From: Ministeria vibrans ATCC 50519
Taxonomy: Eukaryota > Protista > Filasterea
Length of the DNA stretch: 64,000 nt
NCBI GenBank assembly: GCA_943704425.1
Contig: CALSCP010001507.1
Location: 665 to 64,664 of the forward strand
Reading direction: 5' to 3'
Part shown: positions 24,912 through 42,112 of the stretch, one piece after another
Position numbering within the stretch: the first letter of the stretch is position 1
Layout: each line of letters begins with the position of its first letter
Translations under genes and position numbers: made by a program
The notes under the pieces: model-generated
What the model was told of the DNA's origin: nothing
Database searches by the model: none
The model's input: only the letters and a program-made list of their open reading frames with translations

Positions 24912-25371
24912 ATGGGCTGGAAACCATCGCATGGGCTGCGGCGATTCGGGCGCTACGGCTTTCCCTTTCTCATTTCCATTGTGGGTGCATCGTTCGCTCT
25001 TGCTGAGTTTACCGAGAGCCGCTACATCTATTCGAGCCGACAGGTCCAGCAGGTTAGTGTGCTGCTTGAGGATAGCGATGGAAGAGGCGTCTCTGTGCGC
25101 ACAGGGGAGCGCACAGTCGTCGAGAGTGCGAAGTAACACTTTTCTCTGCTGTAGATTGACGACAACGATCTGGCAGCGATCAAGTTCAAGAGGAAACCCT
25201 TTGACTTGGAAGCAGCCTGCGAGGTGAGCGCGAAGAAGGCGAGAATTGAGTGTTGTTGAGCTGATTGGGAGGTTTGAGAGGGGTTAGGAGGCGAAACGGA
25301 CGGCGGATGCGATGGACTGGGAGCAGAAGCGCCTGCTGCATCCCGGCGAGGACAAGTCTCCTTCCAGCTAG
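24912..25371 (+). CDS. COX16: Cytochrome c oxidase assembly factor COX16
   Basis: RYGFPFLISIVGASFALAEFTESRY, KPFDLE and DWEQKRLLHPGE across 3 exons. Confidence 0.8.
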
Positions 25372-25732
25372 CGATGTGTACCCCGTGGGCTGGGAAGTTT
25401 CCTTCTAGCGAGCTCAAGTTGGTTATTTTTATTGCTCTGTACAGTATAATATCATCTTTCCGTCGAAGTGTCTCTTCTGGACGGTGTCCATCACAGAGAC
25501 TGCATTGCTAGCCTCTTGTGGAATCAGAATGGAAAAGAGGGTACAGGTAGTCGACTCAATGGGCAGTCCATAGGGCAATGAGCACAGAACGCTTTGATCC
25601 AGCGAACGAACGAACCCACGTACAGATGTTGAGGTTTTTCGAAGATGAACAGATCAAAAACTTTTCTTGCACACACGCACAAGAGTCATAAACAAAATAT
25701 TGTTTTATTTGTACAACATCCACGTTACATCG

Positions 25733-26602
25733 TTACGCCTTCTTCGCTGCAAGCGCATCAACCAGCTCCGATTTCTCGGCAAGACCAAGAGCAGAAACGC
25801 CGTGTGCGGCCATGAGAGCCTTGAGGGCCTTGATGGGCATGGCGCTAAGCTCGTCGCGCGACGGAATGGGCTCGAGGGGCACCGCACTGCTAGTGAGCGC
25901 ACTTGCAATGGCCTTGTTCATCTGTGGGTCGCCGGGATGGCCTGTAAACACCACTGTGCCACTGGCGTCAATGACAAAGGCCGTCGGAATGCCCCGTGCG
26001 CGCGACGGCACCATCAGCAGTCCATGTAGCGTCTCGTCTTCATCCGACAGCATCGTATAGTCCAACTGGGTGCGACTGAGCTTCTTCACAAAGGGCCCTG
26101 CGACACTCTCCGGCTCGCTCGTCACCCCAATGAACTTCACCTGACGCTTCTTGTCACGGTAGTCCCGCTGCAGCTGGCTAATGTGCGGGATGGACTGGCG
26201 GCACGGCGGACACCACGTCGCCCAGAACTCAACGACCACAACGCCCTAAAGTGTGTGTGTGTGTGGAAGTGAAGTGCGCGAGTCAGTGAGTGCGACGAGA
26301 CTCAAAAAACGCCGACATCACACCACAGCAAACCTGTACCCCCATCGTCTCGCGAGTCCACCTGCAACGCATGCTATCATCCGATAGAACGTCTTGAGCC
26401 AGACAGATCCGGCCAAAACAGCCTCTTCTCCCCTCCATGGACGGGTCGAGAACCCCAACATGGCACAATACCCTTTTCTTTTATCGCCGCAATCTCTTAC
26501 CCCTTTAATTGGAATGCCGTCGCTCTTCTTCCAGTCGCCTTGGTGCAGGATCGTCGCCGACGACGTTAGTGTGACATTGTTCAGCTTAGTACCAACGCTC
26601 AT
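25733..26602 (-). CDS. TlpA/redoxin-type thioredoxin-fold protein with C-terminal SAP-like helical domain
   Basis: VVVEFWATWCPPCRQSIPH, GIPTAFVID..G; tail LSAMPIKALKALMAAHGV..LAEKSELV. Confidence 0.85.
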
Positions 26603-26862
26603 TGTTGAGAGAAGAGAAAAATTATGAAAATAATGAATAAAATAATATAATATAAATGATTAAAAAAAGTTATCAAAATCAACGTTTCAGTTTCGCTGCG
26701 TCATGCTCATCTAAACAAACACTCAGTCTACTCTGTGAACACTCAGTTACTCACTGTCTCACCCAGCTCTTTTACACTTCTCTGGCTGTGTCTTTGAGTG
26801 GTCACTGAAATCTGAATATTATTTCGTAATTCTATTTCTTCCTTATCTACCGCCCCCCCTCA

Positions 26863-28268
26863 ATGATGAAACTCGCACACCCACTGGTCGTTGCCCTCCT
26901 TGTGGCCACGGTCTCGGTTGGCGCGCGCCCTCTCGTTGTGGACATTGGCGACAATATCGTAAGCTTTGTTCACCAGGAGCAACTTCACGAGTTCCTCGCG
27001 ACGGAGCGGCTCTCTGTGCTTGCCCACGTCTTCAGCGAGCGCTTCAGCCTTGTGGACGCGCGTTTGTCGGCGCGCATCAGCGTCAATTCGACGTTGGGAG
27101 CTTCTTTGCGTTCGGGTCGTCGTCTGATCAACATTGCCGCGTCCACTTCGGACGAGCTCGAGCTTGTTGTGCGACGTCTTGCTGCGTCCCCGGACCACCG
27201 TTCAGACTACGCGTCGTTGGCGGCCGTCGCGGCGCCTGCCGATGCGTGCACTTGCGCCACGGGACGCGCGACCATTTCCTCCACCAAATCAGCCCCGTCA
27301 GCCACACTCGCGCTGCAGGACATCGCCGGCGAGACATGGGCCATTGTTGCCTCGGAGGGCAAGCTCAACACGACCAAGTTTGGCTCGGGCATTCGCACGT
27401 CGCTTGGCTCGGATGGCACGCAGTGGATCAACGGCTCTGTCGTGTCCACCGCATCGCTCACGGGCGCCCGCCTGAGCGTCTCAAGCGACGCCAGTGTCCA
27501 GGGCAAGCTTTCGGTTGGCGGTGGTCTCTCGGCGACGGGCGATGTGTCGCTTACCGGCGGCAACGTGAATGCACAGGCGATTTCGGTGGCTGACGCTACG
27601 GTCGCGCACGACCTCATTGTCACAGGCAAAACAACCCTGGGCGAAGTGGACATTCAGGGGGGCACTGCAACGACGCTCACGGCGCACACTCTTGCTTCGA
27701 CAACACAGACGACAGCGACACTTGCAGCGACCACGTCTGTCAAGGCGCCAGCCGTGTGTGCTGGTGCGCGCTGTCTCAACACACTCTCGCTCAAGGCATC
27801 CACCTACCACGTCAGCGGAGGCGACCCCAAGACTCACGATCTGGGCACTCACCTCCTCTGTACCATTTCTGAAGTTCACCCTCACGGTTGGACTGTTTTT
27901 GACATTGTAAGCTTCTTTTTTTGTTTGTGTGTGTGTGTTTTGACAAGTATGTTCTCGATCAATCATTCTCCATTTCATTCACCCTTCTTCGCACATATTA
28001 CTCGCACCTATTACTCTTTGTCCAACTTCTATTAACTCAGTGAACTAACGCTTTTAGTTTTGTATCTCTCTATCTGTTTCTCTTGATCAATCCACTGGCA
28101 ATCTATTTCTCTCTCTTCCACTTTTGATTTTTTTCGTATCTCTCTTACTCTATGTTTTATTCATTCGCACCCTAGGAACTGACTGGCGCTCCCGACCAGG
28201 ACTGGAGCATTAAGACGTCGTCGCCGCAGGGCGACTCTGCAATTATGTGCTTTGACTGGTCAATGTAA
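26863..28268 (+). CDS. Secreted protein with fibre/spike-like beta-strand repeats and a small Cys-containing C-terminal domain
   Basis: Signal peptide; VQGKLSVGGGLSATGDVSLTGGNVNA...DLIVTGKTTL; VCAGARCL; last exon ELTGAPDQDWSIKT..AIMCFDWSM* joins in phase 0. Confidence 0.7.
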
Positions 28269-28454
28269 ACCTGTCCTTTTTTAATATTATGATATGGGTC
28301 TTTGTATTCTTCAGCTTAGCATAGAACGAGGAAAGAGAGACACAAACAGAGTAAAACAGGGGGAAAGAAAGTATCAGAAAGGGCGAGGGGGGAGGGGAGA
28401 GAGAGAGAGAGAAACAAAAGGGAAACAAGAGAACACACACCAAAAATAGAAGAG

Positions 28455-32065
<3,611 letters not shown>

Positions 32066-32454
32066 TGCCAGAGGAATCCACAAAAAAAAATAGGTTTTTA
32101 TTTGTATTATTGATTTTGCTTCCATCCGTACTCTGTGCTTACTCTGGTGGCGATCGGAGGGGAAGGGCAACCGCAGGATCGCCGCGGCGGAAATACTGCT
32201 GCAGGGGGACGAGCACACTGCGCTCAGGGGAATCCCTGAGCAGCGATACGGGGCGGAGGGGGAGAGTGTGAGAGGGAGAACCCGATGTAGGTCGACGGAG
32301 ATGTATAAGGAGACTATAATAATAGTGTATACTATTATTAATATTCTTCTAGTGCACCGACTGTATTCCTCTTGTTCTTAAATTTGTACAAGTGCAAGTC
32401 TATCAGAAAGACCATTCAACAAAAGTTAAAACGGTCGCAAAAGAAATATAAATA

Positions 32455-33732
<1,278 letters not shown>

Positions 33733-33954
33733 GACTTTCGTAAAAAGGTAAAAGACAACTGACAAATCGTCAACGGTCAAATTACTTATTGGTGAAAATA
33801 ATTGGTATTACTTTTTTGGTGATCCGCGATCGTGAGAAGAGTAAGGAGGACTTTGGAAGATTACGTTTTGTCAAACATAATTTTTCTGTATCATGGAAAT
33901 GGTTGTATTCTTATTATTATTATTATTATTATTTATTATGATAAAAAAAGGTGT

Positions 33955-35519
33955 TTACTTGCGCTTGTGAGCGCGAAGAGACTCGTCAATCTTGCTCCAG
34001 ATGGTTTCGGGGGCATTTTTGCCCATGACAAAGTCCATATGGCCATAATCAAACTCGGTGGCCCACACAATGCGCTCTTTCGGGATAAGCGGAAGGTACT
34101 TGAGGGTGGTCGACAGGGGACACAGATGATCGTACTTGCCGTACGCCACAATAACATCCGTGCCCAGCACACCCAGGTCGTACACGGGCGGGGTCGACTG
34201 GCCGTAGTGTACGGTGTTGGCTGCGGCTGTGCCATAGTCAAACATGGCAAATCCACTGTTGGTCTGTGCCCAGTGTGCGTTGTTCTGGACCGATGTATAA
34301 GCGGGCCAGTGCGTCAGAAACACCGGCTAAGTCGGTAAGATACACAGCATTAGAGACAATTATAATATATTATTTTGTTATCGGAGTACGAGTCTTGAGG
34401 CGTTGAAGTTGGAGGGGCTTTCGCAGCCAGTGAGAAGACAGAGCGCACTGGCGCAGAGGGAAGGATCCGCCTCGCACGCGACGGGCGACCATGTGTTGTT
34501 CTGCGTCATGCCCAAGCCGCCGTTACAGCAGCCGGGCCAGTCGTCGGTGCACTTGGGGCACCCAATGCTCTGCACTGTCGTCGTGTCGTTGGGTGGAGGA
34601 GAAGGCGGCGGAAATGCTGGTCCGCCCAGCGAGACAAACACGTCAACTTGCTTGGCAAGGGAGGGGTACGCCGTAAACGACGCATACCCAATCGTACCCC
34701 CTTGTGAGTGACCAAACATCGCTTTAATCGTAGCCACACCAGTGACCTGTAAATGGAGAAGGAAGAGAGAAAGACATAACGTGAGATGAAATTCGACCCC
34801 ACGGGCTGTCCCATCCCGGAATATCGTCGGACGACGGTTTCCAAAGCACAAGAGGAGAAAGAATAGAGAGAGAGAGAAAGGCACAGAAATGATACCAAGA
34901 ATCAACAAAGAGAACAAGACAATGCACAGCAAAACCTTGTGACAAGAAGAACAACTCAACAGACGCACTAATTAGACCGCTACTGCCTACACAACGCTAC
35001 CTGTCGAATGTGGCTGATGGCTGCCTTGACGTCGTACTGCGCCATTTCGTCCCATGACCACGCCCAAAAGGCCGGATCAGACGGCTTCAATGACACATGG
35101 CGTGGTTCGGGGCGCGCACGAGAGTTTACAAGCCACACGTCGTAGCCTGCGGTCGGAAAGAGAGACTTGACGCCCACCACACACACACAATGAGAAACAA
35201 CATTCGTACCTCTGTCCGCAAAGTAGTAGGGAATGGTGGTAAGATAGTCGGTCACCCAGATGCCTGTCTGGCACACAAGACCGTGCTGGAGGTAAATGGC
35301 GGGCCGTGGAGCGGCTGGCACGGTCTCATTGGCGCCGTGCGGAATGCGCTGGACACTCAAAATGAACCCGTCGTCCGTCACGACATCATACTCCTCGCAT
35401 GGATACCCCTTGTCTCTGATGATCTCCGCAGTGCTTCGGTAGGCGTCGGCCGGCAGCTCGGCGCGTGCGAGCGCGACCAGCGTCAGCGCAACGAAAGTAC
35501 AGAGAGACGCAAGTTTCAT
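33955..35519 (-). CDS. Secreted acid lipase (LIPA/gastric lipase family)
   Basis: [48 protein letters not shown] nucleophile, catalytic Asp (GKYD) and His (YGHMDF). Confidence 0.92.
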
Positions 35520-35585
35520 AAGAACAATTACTCAACAATATTAATCTGATCATAATTTAGGTTTTGAAATTCAAATTTCAATGAA

Positions 35586-36351
35586 TTAAACATTGGAGGG
35601 AGGCGCGTAGGCAGCGGGTGCCACGGGGTCGTTGTAGTGGGAGGCACCGCTGGAGTCGCCCGCACCGCCGTCCTTGTGGTCGCGGTAGTCCTTGAAGCTG
35701 AACCAGCACTGGAAGCCCCAGCAAATCCAGTTGCCAAAGCCAAACACAATAGCCGCCGTGAAGCCTGAGCAACTAAGCAACTTGTATGTTGCATCGCCAG
35801 CGAAAATGGCGGACGCGAGCAGGAAAAAGAAGCAAAAGACTCCGCTCACAATAAGATCCTACACAAAGACACAGGAGATTCGCTCGCTGGATGAGTCTCT
35901 CTCTCTCGCTCGCTCTCAAACACCCCCCTCACGCGTACAATCAGGTAGAACTGGCCCGGCAGCTTGTCCTCCGACGTCGCCATCAGCACAACAAACGCAA
36001 GACAGTACAGAAACGCCATAACACCCGTCGCAATCAGAAAATCGCCCTTCGATTTGAAGTCGCCGCTACTGCCATCGCTCCAGCTAGTCCCATTGCACCC
36101 AGCGGCAACCAGGGCAAACGCGAGAATCGCAAGGAGCTGTAGAAAAAGAAGAAAATTACTAAAACTTTCCCACACGCTATACGCCATTGTGAGGGAGGAC
36201 TGCCCACTCATGCTTGCGGGGGGGCGAGTGTGCACAAGCGCAAGGAGAAGTGCATCGAAGCGCAGGCTCGCCTGGGTGAGAGCGTCGTTCGTACGATTTC
36301 CAGCAGTTTGATGAACCCCTTGGGCTCCTTCATGAAGTCAAAATTCACCAT
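35586..36351 (-). CDS. Synaptophysin-like MARVEL four-TM protein
   Basis: MKEPKGFIKLLE, DFLIATGVMAFLYC and IVFGFGNWICW..WFSFKD motifs; four hydrophobic segments. Confidence 0.82.
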
Positions 36352-36539
36352 GGCAAGCGCTAATGTCCAATGTTTTCAAGGTCAGGCGCGACTGGTAACT
36401 GACAAAGAGTGAAAAATTTGAATCTGATGTGATTTTCAGATTTTGTCATTTTGATCGCACTTATTAATTTATTAAATTTATTCGTGTCCGTCAAGGCCGG
36501 CCCTCCCTCTCACCCAGTCGCCTGTGTGACGTGTGTGTG

Positions 36540-37716
36540 ATGGAGTACACGCCCAGTCCGCCTGAGGCTGCTAATCCAGTTGAGAGCGAACAGGCTGATC
36601 ATCAGGTAAACAGTTTCACACAGTTTTCTCAAATGGTTCTCCCATTGACTCTTGTGACAGGAACAAGCGCGCCCGTCGGAGAGAAGATGTCTCAGGTGGG
36701 ATAAAGTCCACGTTCATCACTTGAAAGTGCTCAACCGGGCCGACAGCGAGGTAGGTCGACCATGCAATGGCGTGCGACGCATCGTCAACACTCCGCTCGC
36801 TTCCAACAGACGGGCCACTACCAACTGGGCCTCGACTGGACCTCCGTGGCGAACGAACTCCACTCGGTGGGCTCGTGGGAAGCACTGCGGTCAGAACAGG
36901 GGCGAATAGAGCGCGGCAAAGTGGGACATCGAGTCGCAGACCAACTGTTGGCGGAACGGGGCGCTGTGAAGCTGTTGCAAGCGGAACGCGACGCAGCCGC
37001 CGACCAACTTCCAGACATCCACCACTGGCACATCAAAGCGGACGGACTCATCTACCAGCGAAACGGCGAGCACAGCAGTCAGGTTGTCAGATTTGAGGGA
37101 CGCATTGTACAGACATCGCGCGGCTCAAGCTACCGAGTAAGTCATCCTCACCCTCACCCCATCCCTAACCCTGTTGTCCTGCAGGTCGGCGAACTTGACC
37201 CTGACATTATGACTGCCTTGAGTGCAGTTGGAGCACCCTTCGACCCAGAGACTCCCTTTGCCAGTCTCGAGGCACTCCTCTATGCCGAGCGCATCGTCTA
37301 CGGTGCCGCAGCGGAGCCCTCCCGTCGCGTTGTGGACGCCCTTCACGATCTCTACAGCGCCATCGAGTATCACAAACAAACACCCTACAAAATTGTTGTC
37401 GTTCACCAACTGACTTCCTTTTTCTTTTTCTAAATAGCAAGCCCACACTGACCGACCACCACTTTGCGTCACTCTTCACCATCCTCCACCAACTCGGCAT
37501 TGTTATCCCGTCCGTCATTCTACCCCCAATTGATTCTTCCGCCCAAGACATTGCCATGCAGCAGCAACGCCAACAACCACCCGACGAGCAGCCCCTCTCT
37601 CACACACACTCGCCCGAGCACAGACAGCGCCCTGCGCGACCACCTCCACCTCTCATCCATCAACATGCCGTTGACAATTCCTCGACTGCCGCTGAAGCTT
37701 CTCTTGCCACTCTGTA
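36540..37716 (+). CDS. Hypothetical protein with a possible SANTA-like motif
   Basis: Multi-exon ORF; IHHWHIK...HSSQVVR...VQTSRGSSYR|VGEL; last exon ends AEASLATL*. Confidence 0.55.
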
Positions 37717-38089
37717 AACAATCGCCACTCTTCTCTCTCTATCTATCTATTAGTTGTTTTTTTTTCTCTTCTCTCTCTCACTTGTTTTTTTCTCTCTTCT
37801 CTTCTCCATCTATAACTAATTGTTTTTTTCTCTACCCCCCTTTTTGTCACAGTCTATCACTGTTTTCTTTTCTCCCTCTTTTTATCACTTTGTTTCTTTC
37901 TTCTCTTTCTCTTGTGTAAATATACTGCTTTTGTTTTTACTACGCCCACTTCCACTTTGAAAACAGTTTTGACTGTGCGAGCACTTCTTTGAGAGTAAGG
38001 CCGTAAAAGGAACAAGCAAGAAGGAAACAGATCCACAGAGCAAAGAAGAGCGAAAGACGAAGCAGAAAAGAGACGCGAGACTCGAGAGA

Positions 38090-40464
38090 CTAAGAGAAGA
38101 ATAGACAAAGGAATGCAAAGTGAGCGGCTGAGATGCGACTGAGAAGTGACCATACTGTGATTCTAAGCGTGATTGCGTGGAGCGTCTTCAGGAGAATTGC
38201 GTCTTTCTCTTCGGGCGAGGGTGGATGGTTAGAGGGAGCGCTGCCAGAGGGTGACGAAGCAGAGGAGGAGGATGCAGAGAAGGATGCGGAGTGAGGCTCA
38301 GGAGAGGAGGATGAGGCTGAGACTGTGTGAGTGGGAAGGGGCTGGCCTGGGAAGTGACACCGCATCTTGTGCGACACTGCTCCACTGCGAGGAACAGAAA
38401 GAGAACGTATGTGTGAGTGGCGTTGTGTACAGTGAGTGAGTTCAAGTGAGAGTGATATAGAGTCCTTCAGTTGAGTGTGTGAGGGGTTGTGGCCGTGAGT
38501 AAATAAACGCGCGTGCTTACGTTGGATTTGACCAGAGTGGTGGAAGGTTTGTGCGTTGGGATTCACTCTGGAGCATAAAGCACTTGATGAGAAACTTGTC
38601 CTTCCACTCGAGCATTTGCGCATCATCTTCAGTCTATAATAAAGCCACAGAGAGAATATAAGAATAAGAGAAAGAAAAAGGCATACAGGGAGTCCATGAC
38701 ATTCAGTGGGACCCAACACTGGAACAAGGAAAGAGTACAGACACACAGAAACAGAGAGTACAGCTAAAAGCGGAAGAGAGAGGGAGACACACACAGACAC
38801 ACATACCACAGCGACCACAATGGATGTCGTCTCGCCCATTCCAACTGCCCCAATCGCCTGTGGCTTGACGCTGTATCGCGAAGGATTGGTCGTTTGCACT
38901 TTGAACGTCACCGTGCCACTCGATACATTCGTCAGTTGAAACGTCGCCTGAATGAAACACACAAATCACACACAATAGGGTTATGTCTACCAGAATCGAT
39001 AAGACTAGAAACCGTACTGAAAGAGTCGAAGCAGAGCGCTTGAAGTGAAGAAGATCCTTTGCGGGAGAGAGGCGCAAGAGTGCATCAAAGTCAGCAGAGT
39101 TTGCAGGAGAAACGGAGTGGGACACAAGAGAAGAGCGCACAGGCGAGACCGCATCAAATGTCACTTTCTTGTCGCTTGTGCCGGTGTTGGCACTCGTTCC
39201 CCCACGCGCCTGCTGTTGTTGCTGTTGTTTCTTGGTGCGTGCAGTGCGTTCAAGTTCCGCCGAGTCAAACTGAGGAGGACCCGGCTCAAAACAGACTTCG
39301 GAAAGCGACTCAATGGCGGGAAAGCAGCCCGTTGTAAACGCATAGACATACGCGTCAGAGCCACCGCACTCGGCGAGAACTTGGTCCCGCGGAATGTACT
39401 CTTGCAGTTCCTTCTGCATATCGACAATGAAATGAATTGTTAGTCCTCACTCACCCATAGCACCCACGCCGTTACTACACAAAGTACACCAGTCGAACGA
39501 ACCTTATTGACAAACTTGATCTTGGCAATGGCGCGCTGGTCGAGCCACGCACTGATGATACGCCATGCTGCGTTAAGCACCCATGGCATGTCCAAAATCA
39601 GCAGCCGGTGCAGCAGTCCCACATAGTGCAGTTTGAATGCCTTGATGAAAAACTTGACAAAGTCCAAGTCGAGATTCGAAATCCCTACACACACACACAC
39701 ACACACACACAAAGACAAAGACCACACCATCCCATTATCTCTAATTTCCTCATTGCAACTCGTATGCTCGTTATATAAGTTTACCTGCCCCTTGCATGTC
39801 CCAAATCACCACAATGTCCTCCACTGGTGGCTTCAGCTGACGCTCCACAAGCTCCAGAGCCAGCACGAACCCACGCACACAGTCTGCACAATTGTAGGCC
39901 GGCGACTTGCGATGGCGCTTCACGTGAAAGTAGAACACCGGTCGCCCCTGTACATCCAGACCACGCACGTGTAATGACGCTACATGAGAATCGTATGTGT
40001 CAGACGGGACGTGACATTTGTGGACGTTTCTCAACTGACATGTCTTTAGCAGCTCCGCCGGCACCGACGCCTCGCTCAGGCCCTCCACGCCGTACTCGCG
40101 ACGCCACTTAAGCGAGGTCTTTAACAGTGCCAGGGCGTCGTCGACCGAGTCTGGCTTGGCGCTGCACGGACAAGACGAAAAAAAGGGAAATCATGCGCGG
40201 TGCCTTCTACCCCCATTCACGCCTCTCGCTCCCTCTCCCGCCGCCCACCCCGGCCCCCATTCATTTCACTCGTACTCGATGTATCGTTTCAGAAAGAAGT
40301 CCTGCTCGCGCACCCGACGAATGTCCCGTTCATAGTACGCGTCCGTCTCAAGCGCACTCAGAAACTTCGCACGCAACTGCGCCACCTTATCGCTCTGTAA
40401 CAGACAAAACACCCCATCAGTCTGGCTCGCCCTCACTCCTCCGCGATGATTCGATCCTCACCAT
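38090..40464 (-). CDS. MOSPD2: MOSPD2-like protein (CRAL-TRIO + MSP domain + C-terminal membrane anchor)
   Basis: YERDIRRV; GLDVQGRPV; WDMQGAGISNLDLDFVKF; DMPWVLNAAWRIISAWL; LTNVSSGTVTFKVQTTNPSRYSVKP; HKMRC; hydrophobic C-terminus. First exon is apparently ATG only. Confidence 0.88.
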
Positions 40465-40589
40465 GAAAAATCGACGGGGTGGACTCACTGACTGATGAAA
40501 ATGTAAAGTAGTAAAATGTAAACCACTAGTCTGATAAATAAAGAATCGAGAAATTATTTTTCGAAAAGTCCAAACTCAAAATAAATTTG

Positions 40590-42052
40590 ATGATCCGGCT
40601 TGTTATCGCCGCCTCACTGGCACTGCTTAGCCTGGCACAGAACATCGACATGTAAGCGCGCTCGTCCTCGCGGCGCACCGGCGCCTCTAATGATTCTTCT
40701 GTAGAAAGCAAGATGACAACAACCTCGTCTTCACGCCCGCCGGCGCAGGCACCGTCGACGCGAAGGGTCCCCTCTACCTCGATGGCGAGGCTGTGGATAG
40801 CACGCTCGCCCTTCGAGAAGCGAGCGTGTCGAATTTGACCAACTCGCGTCTTGTCAACAGCGCATTGCTGGACCGTCTCTCCGCAGCCCTTGACGCTGTC
40901 GAGCCCGCTGCTGCCCCGGTCTACGCTCCCGCTGCATGCCCCCATTGCAGCTCGTTTGCCTCGTGCGCGGGCAGCGGCGCCTGCCAGTGTCGCGCGGGGT
41001 TTCGCGGCTCAGGACGCGTCTGTCGTCCAATCGACCTTTGCGCCGACGGCACTCACCACTGCGTCGCCGGCGTGTCCACTTGCCGCTACATGGGACCCGG
41101 CGAGTTTCGCTGCGACTGCAACCTTCCCTACTACCACGCGGCGAACGGGACGTGCACGCAAGTCCGTCTTCAAACTCAACTTCCCGCCTCTCTTTCCCCA
41201 GCGGCCGCCACCAACTCCCTAGTCTCCCTGCTGGCCAACAACGTCGATCCCGGCAACCAGTTTGGCCGTAGCATGGCGGTATGTATCGCAAGCACACAGC
41301 AACTCACTTTCTTATGCTTTTGTTTCCTTCTCTACAGAATCTAGGAGACGTTGACGGTGATGGCGTCGACGATTTGGCAGTGGGCTCGTCGGAAGCGCAA
41401 GCAGGTCAGCAAGACGAATCATTGCCTTTGAACGGTTTAGTCTCATCCTCTTTGTAGTGTGGATTGTGTTTATGCACCCAAACAGCACGCGAAAGTTTGA
41501 CGCGCGCGTGTCACAGACCGCCGCTGGAGCGAGCGGACTCTCGGTTGCGTTTGGGGCAAGCGTGGCAGCTCTGGGCGACTGGAACAAAGACGGTGTTCCG
41601 GATATGGCGGTGGGTGCGCCGAGCACAGATGGCTCAAGCGACGGGCGTGTAGTGCTGATCTTCCTGCTCCCCGATGGTGGTGTGCTCGAAACACACTCGC
41701 TCAATGTGACCAGCATCAACCCGGCGTATGCGTCACTGTGGGGCTCCAGCATTGCTCTCATTGGCGACCTCACCGGTGATGGACTTCCTGAGCTGTGCAT
41801 TGGTGCACCAGGCGCCTCAAGCAACCGCGGAATCCTATCGGTACTCTCCGTCTCGCGCACCGGCACTCTTCTTGCCATTGTCGGCTATCCCGTGCTCACC
41901 GGTCTTTCCGCTGGCGACCACCTTGGCTGGGCCGTTGCCCACGCAGGCGACGTCAACTCCGATGGTATTCCCGATCTTTTTATCACTGCCCCCGGTCGCA
42001 ACGGCTGTAAGACAACACAGAATTAATAATAATAATTATTTTTATTATTATA

Positions 42053-42112
<60 letters not shown>

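Noticed and set aside
37520-37716. Antisense coding overlap between the MOSPD2-like gene and the 36540 gene
   Set aside because: The MOSPD2-like ORF already ends with a hydrophobic anchor at 38090, so no extra exon is required
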